Translations under genes and position numbers: made by a program
The notes under the pieces: generated by a model
What the model saw: the letters and a program-made list of their open reading frames with translations, nothing else
What the model was told of the DNA's origin: nothing
Database searches by the model: none
Source: Mayamaea pseudoterrestris
Lineage: Eukaryota
Length of the DNA: 64,000 nucleotides
Reading direction: 5' to 3'
Assembly: GCA_027923505.1 (NCBI GenBank)
Contig: BROI01000009.1
Coordinates: 744,001 to 808,000 of the forward strand
Shown here: one piece after another, positions 22,657 through 35,071 of the stretch
Layout: each line of letters starts with the position of its first letter
How positions within the stretch are numbered: the first letter of the stretch is position 1

Positions 22657-24467
22657 ATGCAGCTTTTGACTCGGTCGGCTGCCAGTCTATTGCAGTCACA
22701 TGTTCCATCGCTGCAGCGACATGCCTTGAATGCAGCAGCGTTGCCACTGGCCGTGACGGCCACCCGCGGAGGTCGACTAGAGTCAAACACCGTCGCATTG
22801 TCCATGAGCGGGACAAGTGCTGATGCTTCCATTGACGCAGCTGCGGAAAGCTTGCCAGTGGTAGTCTCCGTGACGAGCACTGAGGTGGATGTGGTCGCTG
22901 CATCCAGCGCTGATGGATCGACCAATGCAACAACTGCTGCTGCCGTCACTCACGTCGAGTCTATAGTGACAGCTGCTGCGACTTCGACGACCATTGTCGA
23001 AGGAACTTCTGCTACGACGCCAAATAAATTTCTATTCAACATGTCGCTTTTTACATGTCTGTCGGAATGTGCTTTCACTTTAGCGGCTACGAGTTTATTC
23101 GCAACTCTTGCTTGGCCCTCTTCACATCCAGCGAATTTGGCTTTGCCAGCGCCACCAGCTGGGCTTTTCCTTTGGCCAATGCATTAGTTTCACCCTTTAG
23201 CATTGGACTGCTTTGGATATATGGGACGCAACTCGATAAAGGTGGTCCAAGATTCGCATTGAAGCAAACGACTGCCATGAGTGTCATTGTCATTGGAGTT
23301 GTTGCAGCCTTGCTGCGTGTTTGTCAAGTTTGCGCGCTACCACGGAAAATGACCATGGCGCTGGTTGGATTCATCTTTTTGTTTCAGAATTCATACCAGT
23401 ATCTCATTTACACCCAGCAGTGGTCATTCTTGAGCAGTGTACTCACACCCGATGAAGGCAGCAAGTGGTTCTCACGCATTGCTGGACTCAGCAGCATGAT
23501 GTGCGGACTCTTTGGAACATTGGTGCCGTATATGCTGCCAGTGACTGGTTTATTAGGCTTGCTCGCGACGACGTGCGTCACGCTCACGGCGGCCATGTTT
23601 TGTCAGGATCGAGCTTACAAGCTGGCGCAGCAGAATGGCTTTGATCCGGCCGAGCAAATGATGGCCAAGAAGGCACAAAAGAAGAAGGAAGCAGAAGCAA
23701 AAGCAGTCGCAGCTTCTTTAATTGGAGAGTCTAGCAGCGATGTCAAAGATGAAAAGGAAAGCAAGTGGGGCGAGGCAAAGAAGCTCTTTCAGCGCGTTCC
23801 GACGCTCCGAGCACTCATGATCGAGACACTGACCTTCCAGAGTCTCGCTAATATTCTAAACGTTGCCTTTGTCATTGCATTGAAGGAGACATATACAAAT
23901 GATCTCGCTCGAAGTGCATTCACAGGACGTTTTTACGCGGCCACCAACATTCTATCAGCTTCGCTACAATTTCTGGTCGTACCGATGATGATGAAGTACG
24001 CAGAAGCTAAATGGATTTGGAGACTCATGCCCTTGGTGCCAATAACCTTTCTGCTAGGCCAATTGACGCAGGCAAACCTTAGCTTGTCGCTGTTGGCTGC
24101 GGCGTTCGGACTCGCCAAGATCATGGACTATTCTATGCGCAACGTCGTTTATCCAATGGCCTACCAACCGCTTGATTTTGAGTCGCGATACGTTGGCAAG
24201 GAAATTATTGGTGTTTTAGGAAGCCGCTTTGGCAAGTCTGGTATGTCGCTCTTTCTGTCTGGCTTGACAGGCTTGTTCGGAAGTGCCTTTGGAGTGCGTC
24301 AGCTCATATACTTGGCCTTTGGCACCTCGGGTGCATGGATGGGCAGCACTTGGTGGTTGTCGAGCATGCTGCCCAAGCAGGCTGAAGCAGAGGCTATTGT
24401 CGCGACCCGAAATAAACAGAGAAAAGACGAGAAGGCCGAAGAGGAAGCGAATAAGAAAATGAAGTAA
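22657..24467 (+). CDS. TLC/NTT-family nucleotide (ATP/ADP) transporter-like protein, with an apparent 1-nt frameshift near 23026
   Basis: The multi-TM ORF 23055..24467 has AKIMDYSMRN...LDFESRYVGKEIIGVLGSRFGKSG. The upstream ORF from 22657 (Thr/Ala-rich, TRGG motif) joins it if one A is added in AATAAATT. Confidence 0.7.
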
Positions 24468-24585
24468 ATGTTGAGTGAAACGACAAAAGCCTACCCACAT
24501 GTTTGTGCTGTTTAGGATAGACGAGTGAACTGACAAAATGTTATAAACCAATAGACTAATTTACATTTTGTAAAGAAGATTTTAG

Positions 24586-26644
24586 TCATGGAGAAAACAA
24601 AGAAGGAGGAGGTGGACCTTTACTGCGAGTATGGCGCGCATGCACATGAGATACAGCGCTTCGTTGCCTCAATTCTCGAAGCATGGCCTTGGCCTGCTCC
24701 TTTTCTGGTCCAGCATACTCCAGCAGGCGCGAGCAAAACAATGCCGCAGTGTCAAACTCTTTGTGCTCCTTGTGATAGTGCGCCAAATACAGCAACGCTT
24801 CTGCTTCCGGCGCTTCGACCGCAAGCCCATACAGCATGCTGTCCAGACCAGCTCCTCCCGAAGCAGTTCCGTGAGGGTTCGTGGCTTGATGACGCAATTC
24901 CAAATGACGCAAATAACATTGTGCCGCCTTTTCAACCTCTCCGATTTTCTTGTATAATGCAGCCAGCTTCTGTGTCGCCACTCCTTCCGTGTCATCCTGC
25001 TGTATGGCTCTTTCAAACGCTCGAATGGCATCATTCGGCCGCGCCATGTGATCAAAGGTAGTGCCCAGTGCGCACCACATGCGTGCATCGAAAGGTCGCA
25101 ACTGAGTTGCGCGTTTGTAGTAGTGGAGCGCGTACAAAGACATGTTTAAACACTCATACACTTGACCCAATCCATAGTAGGCGCGGTAATCATTTGGAGA
25201 GACTTGAAGTGCACGACGGTAAGCTTCCGTGGCATTAGCAGTACGTTTCCACTCAACGTACTCGTGTCCCATTAGTGTCCATGCCGATGTAAAGTTGCGA
25301 TCAATTTTAACGGCCCGCTGAAAGTACTGAATTGCTTTGGCTCGCTGCTGCTTCATACTGTAGTAGTTTCCAACGATACAGCAAGTTTCGGCCCGGTACT
25401 TATCAACCTTGACGGCGGTGTGCGCCAGCTGGCTGAGCGACACTGAATCTTGCTGGACGTAGAGGATGTTGCTCAAAATCTCCATTGAATCGAGTCGATA
25501 CGGGTGGTGATCATGCAAATCCCCGAGCATACTCTTGGCTATAGAAAATTGTCGCATATGATACTGCATGACTCCATACTGCGTCAGTAGAAAGAGGCTC
25601 GCTCCAAATAGTGACTGATCCATCCATTGTTCATAAATGTTGAGCGCCACTTCATGCGCCTGCCGCTCCGCCTGCAAGTGCGCACAGAAGAAATGGTACA
25701 TGAAGTGATCCGATACGAGCGGCTGCAAATAGTCACCTATCTCTTGTTCAATGTGACCGTCTTCTAAAGCACATGCAGTCAAGTCAAGCCATGCACTCCA
25801 ATTGTAGGGAAAGATTTGAATGGACTTCATGAGGACGGCTTGAGCAGACGGTGCGTTTGGCAGTTGGGGCAACGCCCGACCCGCAAGAAGAACCATACCG
25901 TAAACATAAAGTCCAAAGGCATCAAGCTTGTCTTCCTCATAGGCATCAAATAGCTCATGTAATAGCTGCTTGATGTATGGGTTGAACGAAGGATTGTGTT
26001 GCTGTCCTTCACTGTGACGAGTAACATTGTGAGAGCGTGAAAATCCATCTGACAATGACCAGCGACAATACAACGTACCCTTTCAGTTCCATATATTCTT
26101 CCTCCTTGCGTCGCTCTCCCGCCATGTAAAGCGCATAGGCTCGCAGGTAAAATCCATAAACGGAAAGATCCGCCAACGGCGCAGGCATTGTTTCAACCGT
26201 CTTGCTATGCGACGGTTGACTCAAGGTAGCAGCCGCATGTGCGTACTCTCCCAAATCCATGAGCGTTTTGGCGTACAATACAGCCGGGCATGTCTCCTTT
26301 TGATATTTTCCAACGATATAATCACTCGGAATCCAAGGACTGCTCGTCGTAATGGTAGCATCCGAAACAATTTCAGCCGGCAAACCCATCCATTGCTCAA
26401 TGGCAAACTTGGCGGCAATCTTCAAATTATGATCCGATAGCAGCTGAGCGGCGATATGCAAGTCGGCTCGGACTTGGGCTGCGTTCCACGGCAAACTAGA
26501 CGTGTCGTCGGACAAATGCGAGTGAAGCGGTGGCGGTAGTGGACTGAGGCGACTGTACGGCGACACTCCATGGGCACCAGCGATTCCTCCTTGCGGCGTG
26601 ACTGCAATGTTTGGTCGGTTCGAGGCCATGGGAGATTTCTTCAT
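24586..26644 (-). CDS. CDC23: Anaphase-promoting complex subunit 8 (Cdc23)
   Basis: YALYMAGERRKEEE, FPYNWSAW, DKYRAETCCIVGNYYS, AWTLMGHEYVE and DYRAYYGLGQ. Intron 26078..26012 keeps the frame. Start at 26644 or 26629. Confidence 0.92.
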
Positions 26645-26890
26645 GACAAGGCAAGCGGCGTGAAAGGCAATGATGGCTATGTTAGCACTTGTAGTTGTTG
26701 CTTGCCCTCTCATCGAGCAATTCGGCGCGCTTGAATGATGAGAGGTTGCGGCGATGTCGCAGCACGACACAATTTTCGACGAGAAGGACGAATGACCGCC
26801 ATGGCAAAACGACTGTTCCAAGCAACTCACAGCCAATCTTGCACATTGTTCCACGTCTCGCTTAGTAGAGTATATTTGCTAATATGATCC

Positions 26891-28150
26891 ATGAGTCATG
26901 TATTTCTCAAACGACAAAAGCGAAAGAACCAAAAGTCGATCCGCTGGTTGTCGAGAGTTGTCATGGGTTGGCAGTGGCAGTTGCGTTTGATCATGATTGC
27001 TGCCATTGTTGGCTTTCTGCTGTCAGCAACACACCAAACACTTAAAATTAGTACGCATCTCGCTCCAAAGGAGCTGGATGTTCTTTCAATACTTCAGGGG
27101 AGTGACTGCGAAGACTACGGATGCCCGATCTACCCACTTGACGTTGCATCGGATCCTTTCGTCAACGCCTCCCTGCAACGACTGCGAAACGACCCATCGC
27201 GATCAATGGACGTTCCTTTTGCAAGCAAAAGTGCAACTACAGTCACTCGAAGGGGTAACGAAGGCCATCCAAATCAAGACAGGTCTTTTATAATAAATCC
27301 GTTCATCACGAAGCAGACCCCGAGCCATGCGAAATCATTCTTGATAGCCATCCTCGACGGACACGGAACACGAGGCCACCTTGTCTCTCAGTATCTGCAA
27401 AACAAAATTCCCCAGAAACTGGCTGGCAAACTAAATTCGCGCCATTGCTGCCAAAATGACGACTGGATCAAGCAGCAGCTTATTGACACGTTTATTGAAG
27501 CGGATCAGGAAGGAAGTCCTAATCTGCTAACGGGTGGATCAACCGCATCCGTCACACTTCGAATCGGCTCCAAACTATACTTTGCCAATTGCGGAGATAG
27601 TCAAACTATACTTGTTCGACACGACAAGAATGTGCTTGACAAGGGAAATGCTACTATGGCTACGACAATTCTCTACCAAACGCGTCGCGACAAGCCTCAC
27701 TTGCCGGACGAACGCGAGCGTATTGAACGCATGGGCGGAACCATCTTTACGCCCCAACAATTTTCGAATCAGTCTCGAGTCATTGTATACTCGGTGGCCA
27801 GCCTTCCGCACGAGCCCATTGGACTAGCCATGAGTCGATCCATTGGAGACTGGGAATGGAAATTGTTTGGTGTCACTGCAGAACCTATTGTTGACGTCGT
27901 TTCTATGAACGAACTACCGGTGGTATCAAAAGATCACGATGACTCTCTCTTCTTCATCATTGCCGCAAGTGACGGTGTTTGGGATATGCGGCCGCGTCGC
28001 GAGTTCTTTGCCAAGCGATTTGCAGCCGCAATAAGGAGTGGCACGGAGCCGCTCTGGAAGATTGCAGTTGATAGCATGTGGGCCGTGACACCTCTAAACC
28101 CAAATTGGTATCGAGACGATATGACCCTCCTGATAATGTGTGTCATGTGA
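26891..28150 (+). CDS. PP2C/PPM-type phosphatase with an N-terminal signal anchor
   Basis: NQDR, ILDGHG, ANCGDS, LAMSRSIGD, IIAASDGVWD and RDDMT, plus a hydrophobic segment LRLIMIAAIVGFLLSA. Confidence 0.88.
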   Translation: MSHVFLKRQKRKNQKSIRWLSRVVMGWQWQLRLIMIAAIVGFLLSATHQTLKISTHLAPKELDVLSILQGSDCEDYGCPIYPLDVASDPFVNASLQRLRNDPSRSMDVPFASKSATTVTRRGNEGHPNQDRSFIINPFITKQTPSHAKSFLIAILDGHGTRGHLVSQYLQNKIPQKLAGKLNSRHCCQNDDWIKQQLIDTFIEADQEGSPNLLTGGSTASVTLRIGSKLYFANCGDSQTILVRHDKNVLDKGNATMATTILYQTRRDKPHLPDERERIERMGGTIFTPQQFSNQSRVIVYSVASLPHEPIGLAMSRSIGDWEWKLFGVTAEPIVDVVSMNELPVVSKDHDDSLFFIIAASDGVWDMRPRREFFAKRFAAAIRSGTEPLWKIAVDSMWAVTPLNPNWYRDDMTLLIMCVM

Positions 28151-28858
28151 GCGAGACTGGCGATGGAACCTAATGTCTGTCACTGCACGTTGAAGCAAGC
28201 AAGGAAGCACGAGAGCGAACAACGCAACTCGAGCAAGGCCATCATGGCGCTCAGTTGCAGCTATTAATAGCAAGAAGGAAAGGAGCATGCCTTTGCATGA
28301 TCTACAGGTACGCCAAGTGCCGAGCCGCGCAGCATGCTGTCCTGTGCTCCTGTGCAGTGATCATCAATTAGTACTCCATTACTCATTGTGAGTTCGAGAG
28401 TTCGCGCAGAAGTCATTTCAGTCGTTCATGACTTTAAGGGCTATTGTCGAGACGAAAAACTGAAATTTGACACGAATGACAAGATCGCAAGAAGCACGCG
28501 TTGGATGCATGCCGAGCGTGCCAAATTAACAAAGCGACGAAACCTGAGTAAAGTGATGTATTTAAACGAGCAGGCCTTTTCTTAACATTCGTGTCAGTTG
28601 CTCATGATAGTCATATTCACTATAGTACTTAATCCCTTCCAAAACAACTGGCTTTTGAAAAGGCTTTTCTATATGCGTGCACGCCGTGCACGCGCTTACA
28701 CGCGCTTAACTTGCCATCCATTCGGTCTCCTGATACCCTCACAATCCGAATCGACACTTGAATCCGTCCTCGCCTGCCGACGAGCGATCTAAAGTTCAAT
28801 AAGAAAGCACTTGCTTGTCTCATTCTTCCTTAATTCATAGAACAAGCGAGCAGACATC

Positions 28859-29962
28859 ATGGCCAAGGATCTTTTCAGCATGGCAATCGCCACTATTTTC
28901 GCACGCGAGTGCATGGAAGCCATGATCATCATCGGTACGTTGACTCGTCTTTAAAAAGTAATAGATTATGCCTCTCCAAACATTTACTCACCTCCACTTT
29001 CCACCTGCATTCTCTCAATAGGCGAATTCCGAACGGGTATCATTTTGAGTGAGAACAAGCACGACGAAGCCACAAAGAAGCAGCTCCTCCGCGCCGTCAC
29101 TACATCGGCACTTGCCGCTGCCTTTGTCGCCATTGTTGTGGTGGCCATTGTCGCCATTCCATTAGCCGTCTTGTCGACCGAAATTAATGACGCCATTATT
29201 GAACTCATCGAAGGCGTGTCAAAGATTGTTGCCGCATTTTGCGTCGTGCAGTTGTCCATGAAAATGCCAAAGTGGCTGGGCTTCTACAAGAGCAAGAAGG
29301 CTGGCAAGGTACAGTCTGGACTAGACTTGACACCTGCAACGATTCGCTTCAATGTTGCCTGGAATATCTGGAGAGAAACAGCCGAATGCGGCATCTTCTT
29401 GCTACCAGCCTTTTTGACTGGGCAGAACTTGAAACAGATCCCTATATCCGCCATTATCGGAATTGTTGTTGGATGCGCAGCCGGCTTTGGCATTTACATG
29501 GCCAATCGCACCATGAAGAACAAACTCTACTTGTGCATCTTTACAACTTTGGTTGTTATTTTCTTGTCAGTTGGTCTGATCGTTGGTGGATGTCACGAGT
29601 TTGAGGAAGTCCTTGGCGAAACGCCAGATGTTTGGCAGGTCAAGAATGCATTTTGGGACGATGGACGCTTACCGATGGTTCTGTTGAAGCCCTTTGGATA
29701 CAGCAGCCCTCGTACAGTGTTGCAAATTTGCATCTTTTGGTTGTGGTTGTTGCTCTGCGCAGCGCTGCACTATTTCAAGTACTGGCAAACGGCCAAGATC
29801 AACGCTGGGCTTGCCAGTGGCGAGCTGGAACACGAGAACGTTGACGATGCCAAGGTTTTGGACGAGGAGACGAATGATGATGACGTCGAAAAGGCTCTTG
29901 ACGAAGGCAATGATGGTCAGGAAAAGGCAGTCAGCGACGATGACGAGGACCGAGCGCCTTAA
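28859..29962 (+). CDS. FTR1: High-affinity iron permease (FTR1 family)
   Basis: Exon 1 reads MAKDLFSMAIATIFARECME (first RExxE). Intron 28935..29021. The second RExxE (WRETAE) and about 7 TM segments follow, then an acidic tail. Confidence 0.9.
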
Positions 29963-30164
29963 AGGGCGAGAAGCAACACGAAACGTGAATTATATACAGT
30001 ACCAAGTAAAGTCTAGGACTTTTAAACCATAATAAAGTTATGACTCAGTAAGATGTCTATTGACGTATAGTCTGCCAACAAAGGCAAAAGATATCGGCGT
30101 CATTTCGTAGAGAATGCCATATCGGCGTTTGCATGTCTCTACCAAATTGACAACTAATGCATCC

Positions 30165-30965
30165 CTACTTCTTACCTTCACCAAAACTTGCAAATCCCAT
30201 CATGGCTGCCATTGCAGGGTCCATAGCTGGTTCGTCATCTTCATCGTCCTCGCCTTCATCCGCGCCTTGCTTCCGCAAACGCTTTTCTTCCTCCATCCGC
30301 TGCCTCTCCTTCTTCTCCTTTCGCCGTTGCTCTCGCTCTTGTTTCAGTTGCTTCGCTTGCTCGTCCTTAGCTTTCACAATGTCTTGTAAATTCGGCGTTT
30401 CATCATCCTCGCTGTTATTTGCTTTTTGCCGTTCTTCAGCCAGCTTTTGCAGCGTCTCCTGCAACTGATCCTTGGTTGATCGTTCAACATGCATACTGTA
30501 CCCAAGCTTACGCTGGTGCTTGCGGCCATTGATGTGATCCAAATATGTATGCGAGTCCTTCAAAAAGCAGTCACAGACTCGGCAGTGCCAGCCGACTCCC
30601 GTCTTGGTAACGCCGCTATCCTTGGTGAGTGCTGAAGCAGAAGATGTGGTTCCCGACGCTTGCGAGGAAATAATTTCGGCAGTTCCAACCTTGGAATCAA
30701 TGTCGGCATGACTGGTTCTTGGTTTCAAGTAAGCTTGATCCGATCCTTCGGGTTTGACGGCATTCTTTGGGGCAGGAACAAATTCATCGGGAAGCGACGC
30801 CGAAAGCTTTGTTGATGCTGCAGGTGCGTCGCTTTTTGCGGCACGCCTGTTCGACTGATCCTCCTCCGCTTGGCGTCGTTCCTGCGCCTTCTTTTCGTAC
30901 GTCTCCTTATCCCAGGTTCTCCTAGTAACGTTTGAGACTTGTTTATAGTTCAGATTGGTTGACAT
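30165..30965 (-). CDS. ZMAT2: Matrin/U1-type zinc-finger spliceosomal protein (ZMAT2/Snu23)
   Basis: RRTWDKETYE, GWHCRVCDCFLKDSHTYLDHINGRKHQRKLG and C-terminal MAAMMGFASFG. Confidence 0.9.
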   Translation of the reverse strand: MSTNLNYKQVSNVTRRTWDKETYEKKAQERRQAEEDQSNRRAAKSDAPAASTKLSASLPDEFVPAPKNAVKPEGSDQAYLKPRTSHADIDSKVGTAEIISSQASGTTSSASALTKDSGVTKTGVGWHCRVCDCFLKDSHTYLDHINGRKHQRKLGYSMHVERSTKDQLQETLQKLAEERQKANNSEDDETPNLQDIVKAKDEQAKQLKQEREQRRKEKKERQRMEEEKRLRKQGADEGEDDEDDEPAMDPAMAAMMGFASFGEGKK

Positions 30966-31202
30966 GCTGATTTAAGGAGCTGAACCTTGTTTGATTTATA
31001 TAGTGTGGCAACGATCCGACAAAAATCATTACCGGTGCGATCTAGTGACTTTTCACACTTCCGGAACGCGATCGAACATCGATTTTGGAACAGTTGCGAG
31101 CATCGATCAATTGAACCATCGACGAGCTTTCGCTATATTGCCGTACAAATAACCTTGAACGACGAATCGAAGCAAAAACTAGTGAGCAAATAATACTGAA
31201 CG

Positions 31203-31823
31203 ATGTGGGACGATCGTTATAGCGCACAAGAGTACGTGTACGGGACGGAACCGAATGAGTTCTTACGAGACTGCGTCAAGTCCATCCAAATCCAAAACAA
31301 CGGCTCGCTATCAACCCAGCTTACTTGTCTCATGCTCGCCGACGGTGAGGGACGAAACGGGGTTTACATGGCGGAACAAGGTTTACAAGTTACATCGGTT
31401 GACATATCCGCCGTTGGTTTGGAAAAGACCCAGAAGCTAGCGTTAACACGAAACGTTTCCATCACGACGGTGCTCGCCGATTTGGCAGACTACGACATGG
31501 GCATGTCCAAATGGGACTTCATTGTAGGTATTTTCTGTCACTTTCCGCCTAACGTTCGCGACAAAGTTTTGAAGGCGATCCCAGGTGCACTCAAGCCAGG
31601 TGGCCGCGTCATTTTCGAATGCTACACGCCAAAGCAGATTGAATACAAGACGGGTGGACCATCCGATCCAACATGGTTGTACTCGTCCGAAATTTTTCAT
31701 GAGGTTTTTGGCGACACATTGGAGTTGGAACGAAACGAAGAGCTGGTGCGTCACGTCGTTGAGGGCACGTTTCATTCGGGTGATGCGAGTGTCGTGCAAC
31801 TGATCGCTCGAAAGGTAAAGTGA
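31203..31823 (+). CDS. Class I SAM-dependent methyltransferase (bacterial TehB/TPMT-like)
   Basis: MWDDRYS...YGTEPNEFL, LADGEGRNGVY, VDISAVGL, LKPGG and GGP; no intron. Confidence 0.85.
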   Translation: MWDDRYSAQEYVYGTEPNEFLRDCVKSIQIQNNGSLSTQLTCLMLADGEGRNGVYMAEQGLQVTSVDISAVGLEKTQKLALTRNVSITTVLADLADYDMGMSKWDFIVGIFCHFPPNVRDKVLKAIPGALKPGGRVIFECYTPKQIEYKTGGPSDPTWLYSSEIFHEVFGDTLELERNEELVRHVVEGTFHSGDASVVQLIARKVK

Positions 31824-31933
31824 GATTTCGGATCAATGACGCCATGTAGCCATAAGGCAATACAACAAATAATCATAGATACAAATAAGCTCTTTGTTAT
31901 ACATTTTCCTTGCGTCATTTGTGCGCAGCCCGC

Positions 31934-34900
31934 TTATAAATGAACAGTAGAGTGAATTCTTATAGCAGGAGGAGGCTTGATCTCACGATACACGGACGAC
32001 AAACGAAATGGATCCATACAATGCACATTTGCTGGATTGCGCGGGCAGTTGGTTCGTTCATGCTCTTCCGCCAACACTCTTGAATTAAAACTCCGAAAAC
32101 AGTGGTCGCAGACAACTGTATGCAACAAAGAAGTATTGTTTTGCTCGATTCGCTTTGTCATATGGTGTCCAGCTTCAAGCGCCGCACTAAACTCCTTTGT
32201 AACCTCGTAGTGCGTATTGACTGTTAGCACAGTCACTGGTCCTGTGGCGCCAATTCGATGTGCGCGGCTGGTCACTTGTTCGAGCAAAGCAGCGTCATCG
32301 ATTGGCTCAAGTAGGAAAATGTGAGTGACGAAAGAGAGATCTAAACCATGCGACAAGGATGCATCTAGTGCCATGACAAAGACGTCCTCAGTCACTTTTT
32401 CTATCGGCTGGTCCGACAAACGTGGCCCTGTATACCAATGCGCAGAATGAAAGCGAAAACAAGGCTGCCATTTTCGCAACTCTACTTCGAGGAGGCCGCT
32501 GCCATTGCGGACTTCCGGCAGAGGTCCAAAGTACCACTCGCTTCCCTCAAACTTGTTTCTCAGCGCTAAATCCTTGCACCTCCCGGAGCCCATCTCGTCG
32601 TGCCAGATCTGCTCAGACTTTCTCATTGCAAGAAGAGGATGAGGATTTCGAATGTCGATCCCTAAGCAGTCGCCTACACGCCAAAATGTCTGTGACTCCC
32701 TGTAGGCGAGCAGTGATTCCCCGTTCATGCGACTCAAAGGGATATCAATTGCTTCAAAAATGCGCTCGGGTTCAATTAAAAACCTCTGACAAAGGCCGTC
32801 TAATGACTCAACTTCTAACAATTGATTGCCGCATCCCGTTCCACCCTGCATGACAGAAAAGTTCGTCTCATTTCTATTACAAACAGGGCAAACTTTACAA
32901 TGTTTGGTATTACTCCGAAAACGAGCCAATTCAGCATTCATGTCGCCAATTTGTCGGGACTGATATAGCTCAGCCACATGTTCGTTACCCAATTCACGAA
33001 GTATGCATTCGCCAATAGAAAGTAAAATATTGTGTTCGGAAGAGTATACCACGGCTTTAACGGGACGCGTATCTCTTCGTTCTCCGTCGCCAACTTTTGT
33101 GCCGCTAAGCTTCCAGAGATTTTCTCGTGCTGTTCGCAAATATTGCATGATAAAGTTGGCCTGGGCTTGGTCTACGAGGGACTGAAAGGTGGGACCGTGA
33201 AGGTATTCGTCAAATTTTTTGACGAGTGACTGACCGGAACCACAAGCAGCGAGCAAATCACGTTCAATCTCCTTTGGCACAAAAAGTTCCCACTGTACTT
33301 GTTTAAAAGTTGGCGATGGCAGCTTGATATCCTCCTTGCGGTGCATCACCATGACAGACTTCAAGACACGAATTAGTTCTGCCTTACCACTCTGATCTTT
33401 CACTAGAAAAGGCTTCTTTATATTTACAACCCATTTGCTACGAATTGCTTCGTGGACAGTCTCTGAAGGATGACCGTAAATGGGATGTCGAAGAAAGACA
33501 AGCAAACGCTGCAGTTGATCCAGCGCATCGGAAGAGAAACTCGTATCGTCCTCATTCCCATTCATTGGCGTCCCTGACAACACCCACCGTCGTTCTGCGG
33601 CGATTTGGTTGACAAATCGAGTAACGCTGCTATCAGTCGCATGCTGGCCCAGCTCATGGCCTTCATCAACAACTAGTCGCAACCAGCGTATCTTCAAAAA
33701 TGAACTAGATGTCTTCGTGTCTGTTGCAATAGCCATGTGGGGTCGCTTCTTCGTACGATCGACGCGCCCAGCTGCAATTTCTTCTTTCAGCTGGAGCTCG
33801 CATCGCGAAAATGTTGTGACCACCACGACATATTGACTGAGCTCCCATGGCTGTGCGACCGGCTTTTTAAGATTGACATGCCGTAACGACGCATCGCCTT
33901 GGTCAAGACTAGCCATGTCTCCCCACCCATCCAAGTAACAAACGCCGTGGGTATTTGTGACTCCATGCGAAAAAACATCTAGATCAAAATGCATTTGAAT
34001 TTGCTGGAACCAATGCTCCAGCAAAGCATCTGGGACAATAATCAGCGTTGCGCTGGATGGTATCAAGCTTCTTTCCCATCGCAAGTATGCTCCGCTGCGC
34101 GATGCAAATAGGCGTCGGCTGCGCTTGTCCAATCCAGCGCGAAGTTCGATGAATGCTTGACGGAGCTGCTCGACAAGCACTGGTGGTACAAAAGCTTTGA
34201 TGACACGTTTAATATAGCGTTCCAAACTGTCTACTGTCGGAAACCGATCGTCCGGATACGGTGGTGCGATGAATCTCATGAGTTCGGAAATCACTTGCGC
34301 CTCTGTGCTTGTTGGATTGACATTGCACTTGCTCCACCATCGCAACTCGCGTGTAGCTTCAAAGATATTTCTCCGTGTGGCTTCGTTGATCCGGGCGCTC
34401 TGCCACGCTTCAGCACATTGGTCACCCCAAAACTCGGCTGGAGCAACTACTCGCTGGCCGGCTGTCGCAGCAACAAGTGCGAGTAGTGTAATCGTCTTCC
34501 CACTGCATTAGCGTAAAAAAGATAATACTGAGTTTAGACATGCTTGAGATGCAAAAAAATCGACAAAAAGAACTTACAGACCCGGTGCATCACCCAGAAT
34601 GCCTCCGCGCAGCTCTCCATACTGCTCGGTACGATTCTCCGCCTCGTGCATGGCTTTCAACGACGCCAACTGATGAGGAAATAATCCTCCTCCCTTCGTC
34701 AATAAACCTGGAACGCCTGGGTATGGCAGCAAGTAGTCATTTCCGTCGCCGCAGTGCGAATAAGCTGTTGTAGCAAGTTGCTGGCGGAGTGATTTTGAAA
34801 CACACTTGAGATTCGCAAACTCGTGCATGGTGAGCCAATCCCAGCACCCTGGAACATTGGAATTCGTGTACAAGCCAAGAAAGAGGTATAATAGGTCTGG

Positions 34901-35071
34901 CGAGCCGGAATCTATCGGTCGGTCAGTCGAAGTCATTCTGTCGTCGCTCGTTTCGTTGTCACGCTGGTGGTCAACGTGGCACTCTGAGTCGCGATGATCG
35001 TTAACTTCATTCACATTTAAAGTGCACGACTCTTCCGAACTTTGATGCGATAGATCTGTAGATTCACTCAT
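31934..35071 (-). CDS. SNF2-family helicase/ATPase with an N-terminal F-box-like segment
   Basis: LFPHQ; GGILGDAPG|LGKT across intron 34577..34503; LVVDEGH, LSGTP, SHGLDL and QVTSRAHRIG. The upstream WLTMHEFANLKCVSKSLR is F-box-like. Confidence 0.85.
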
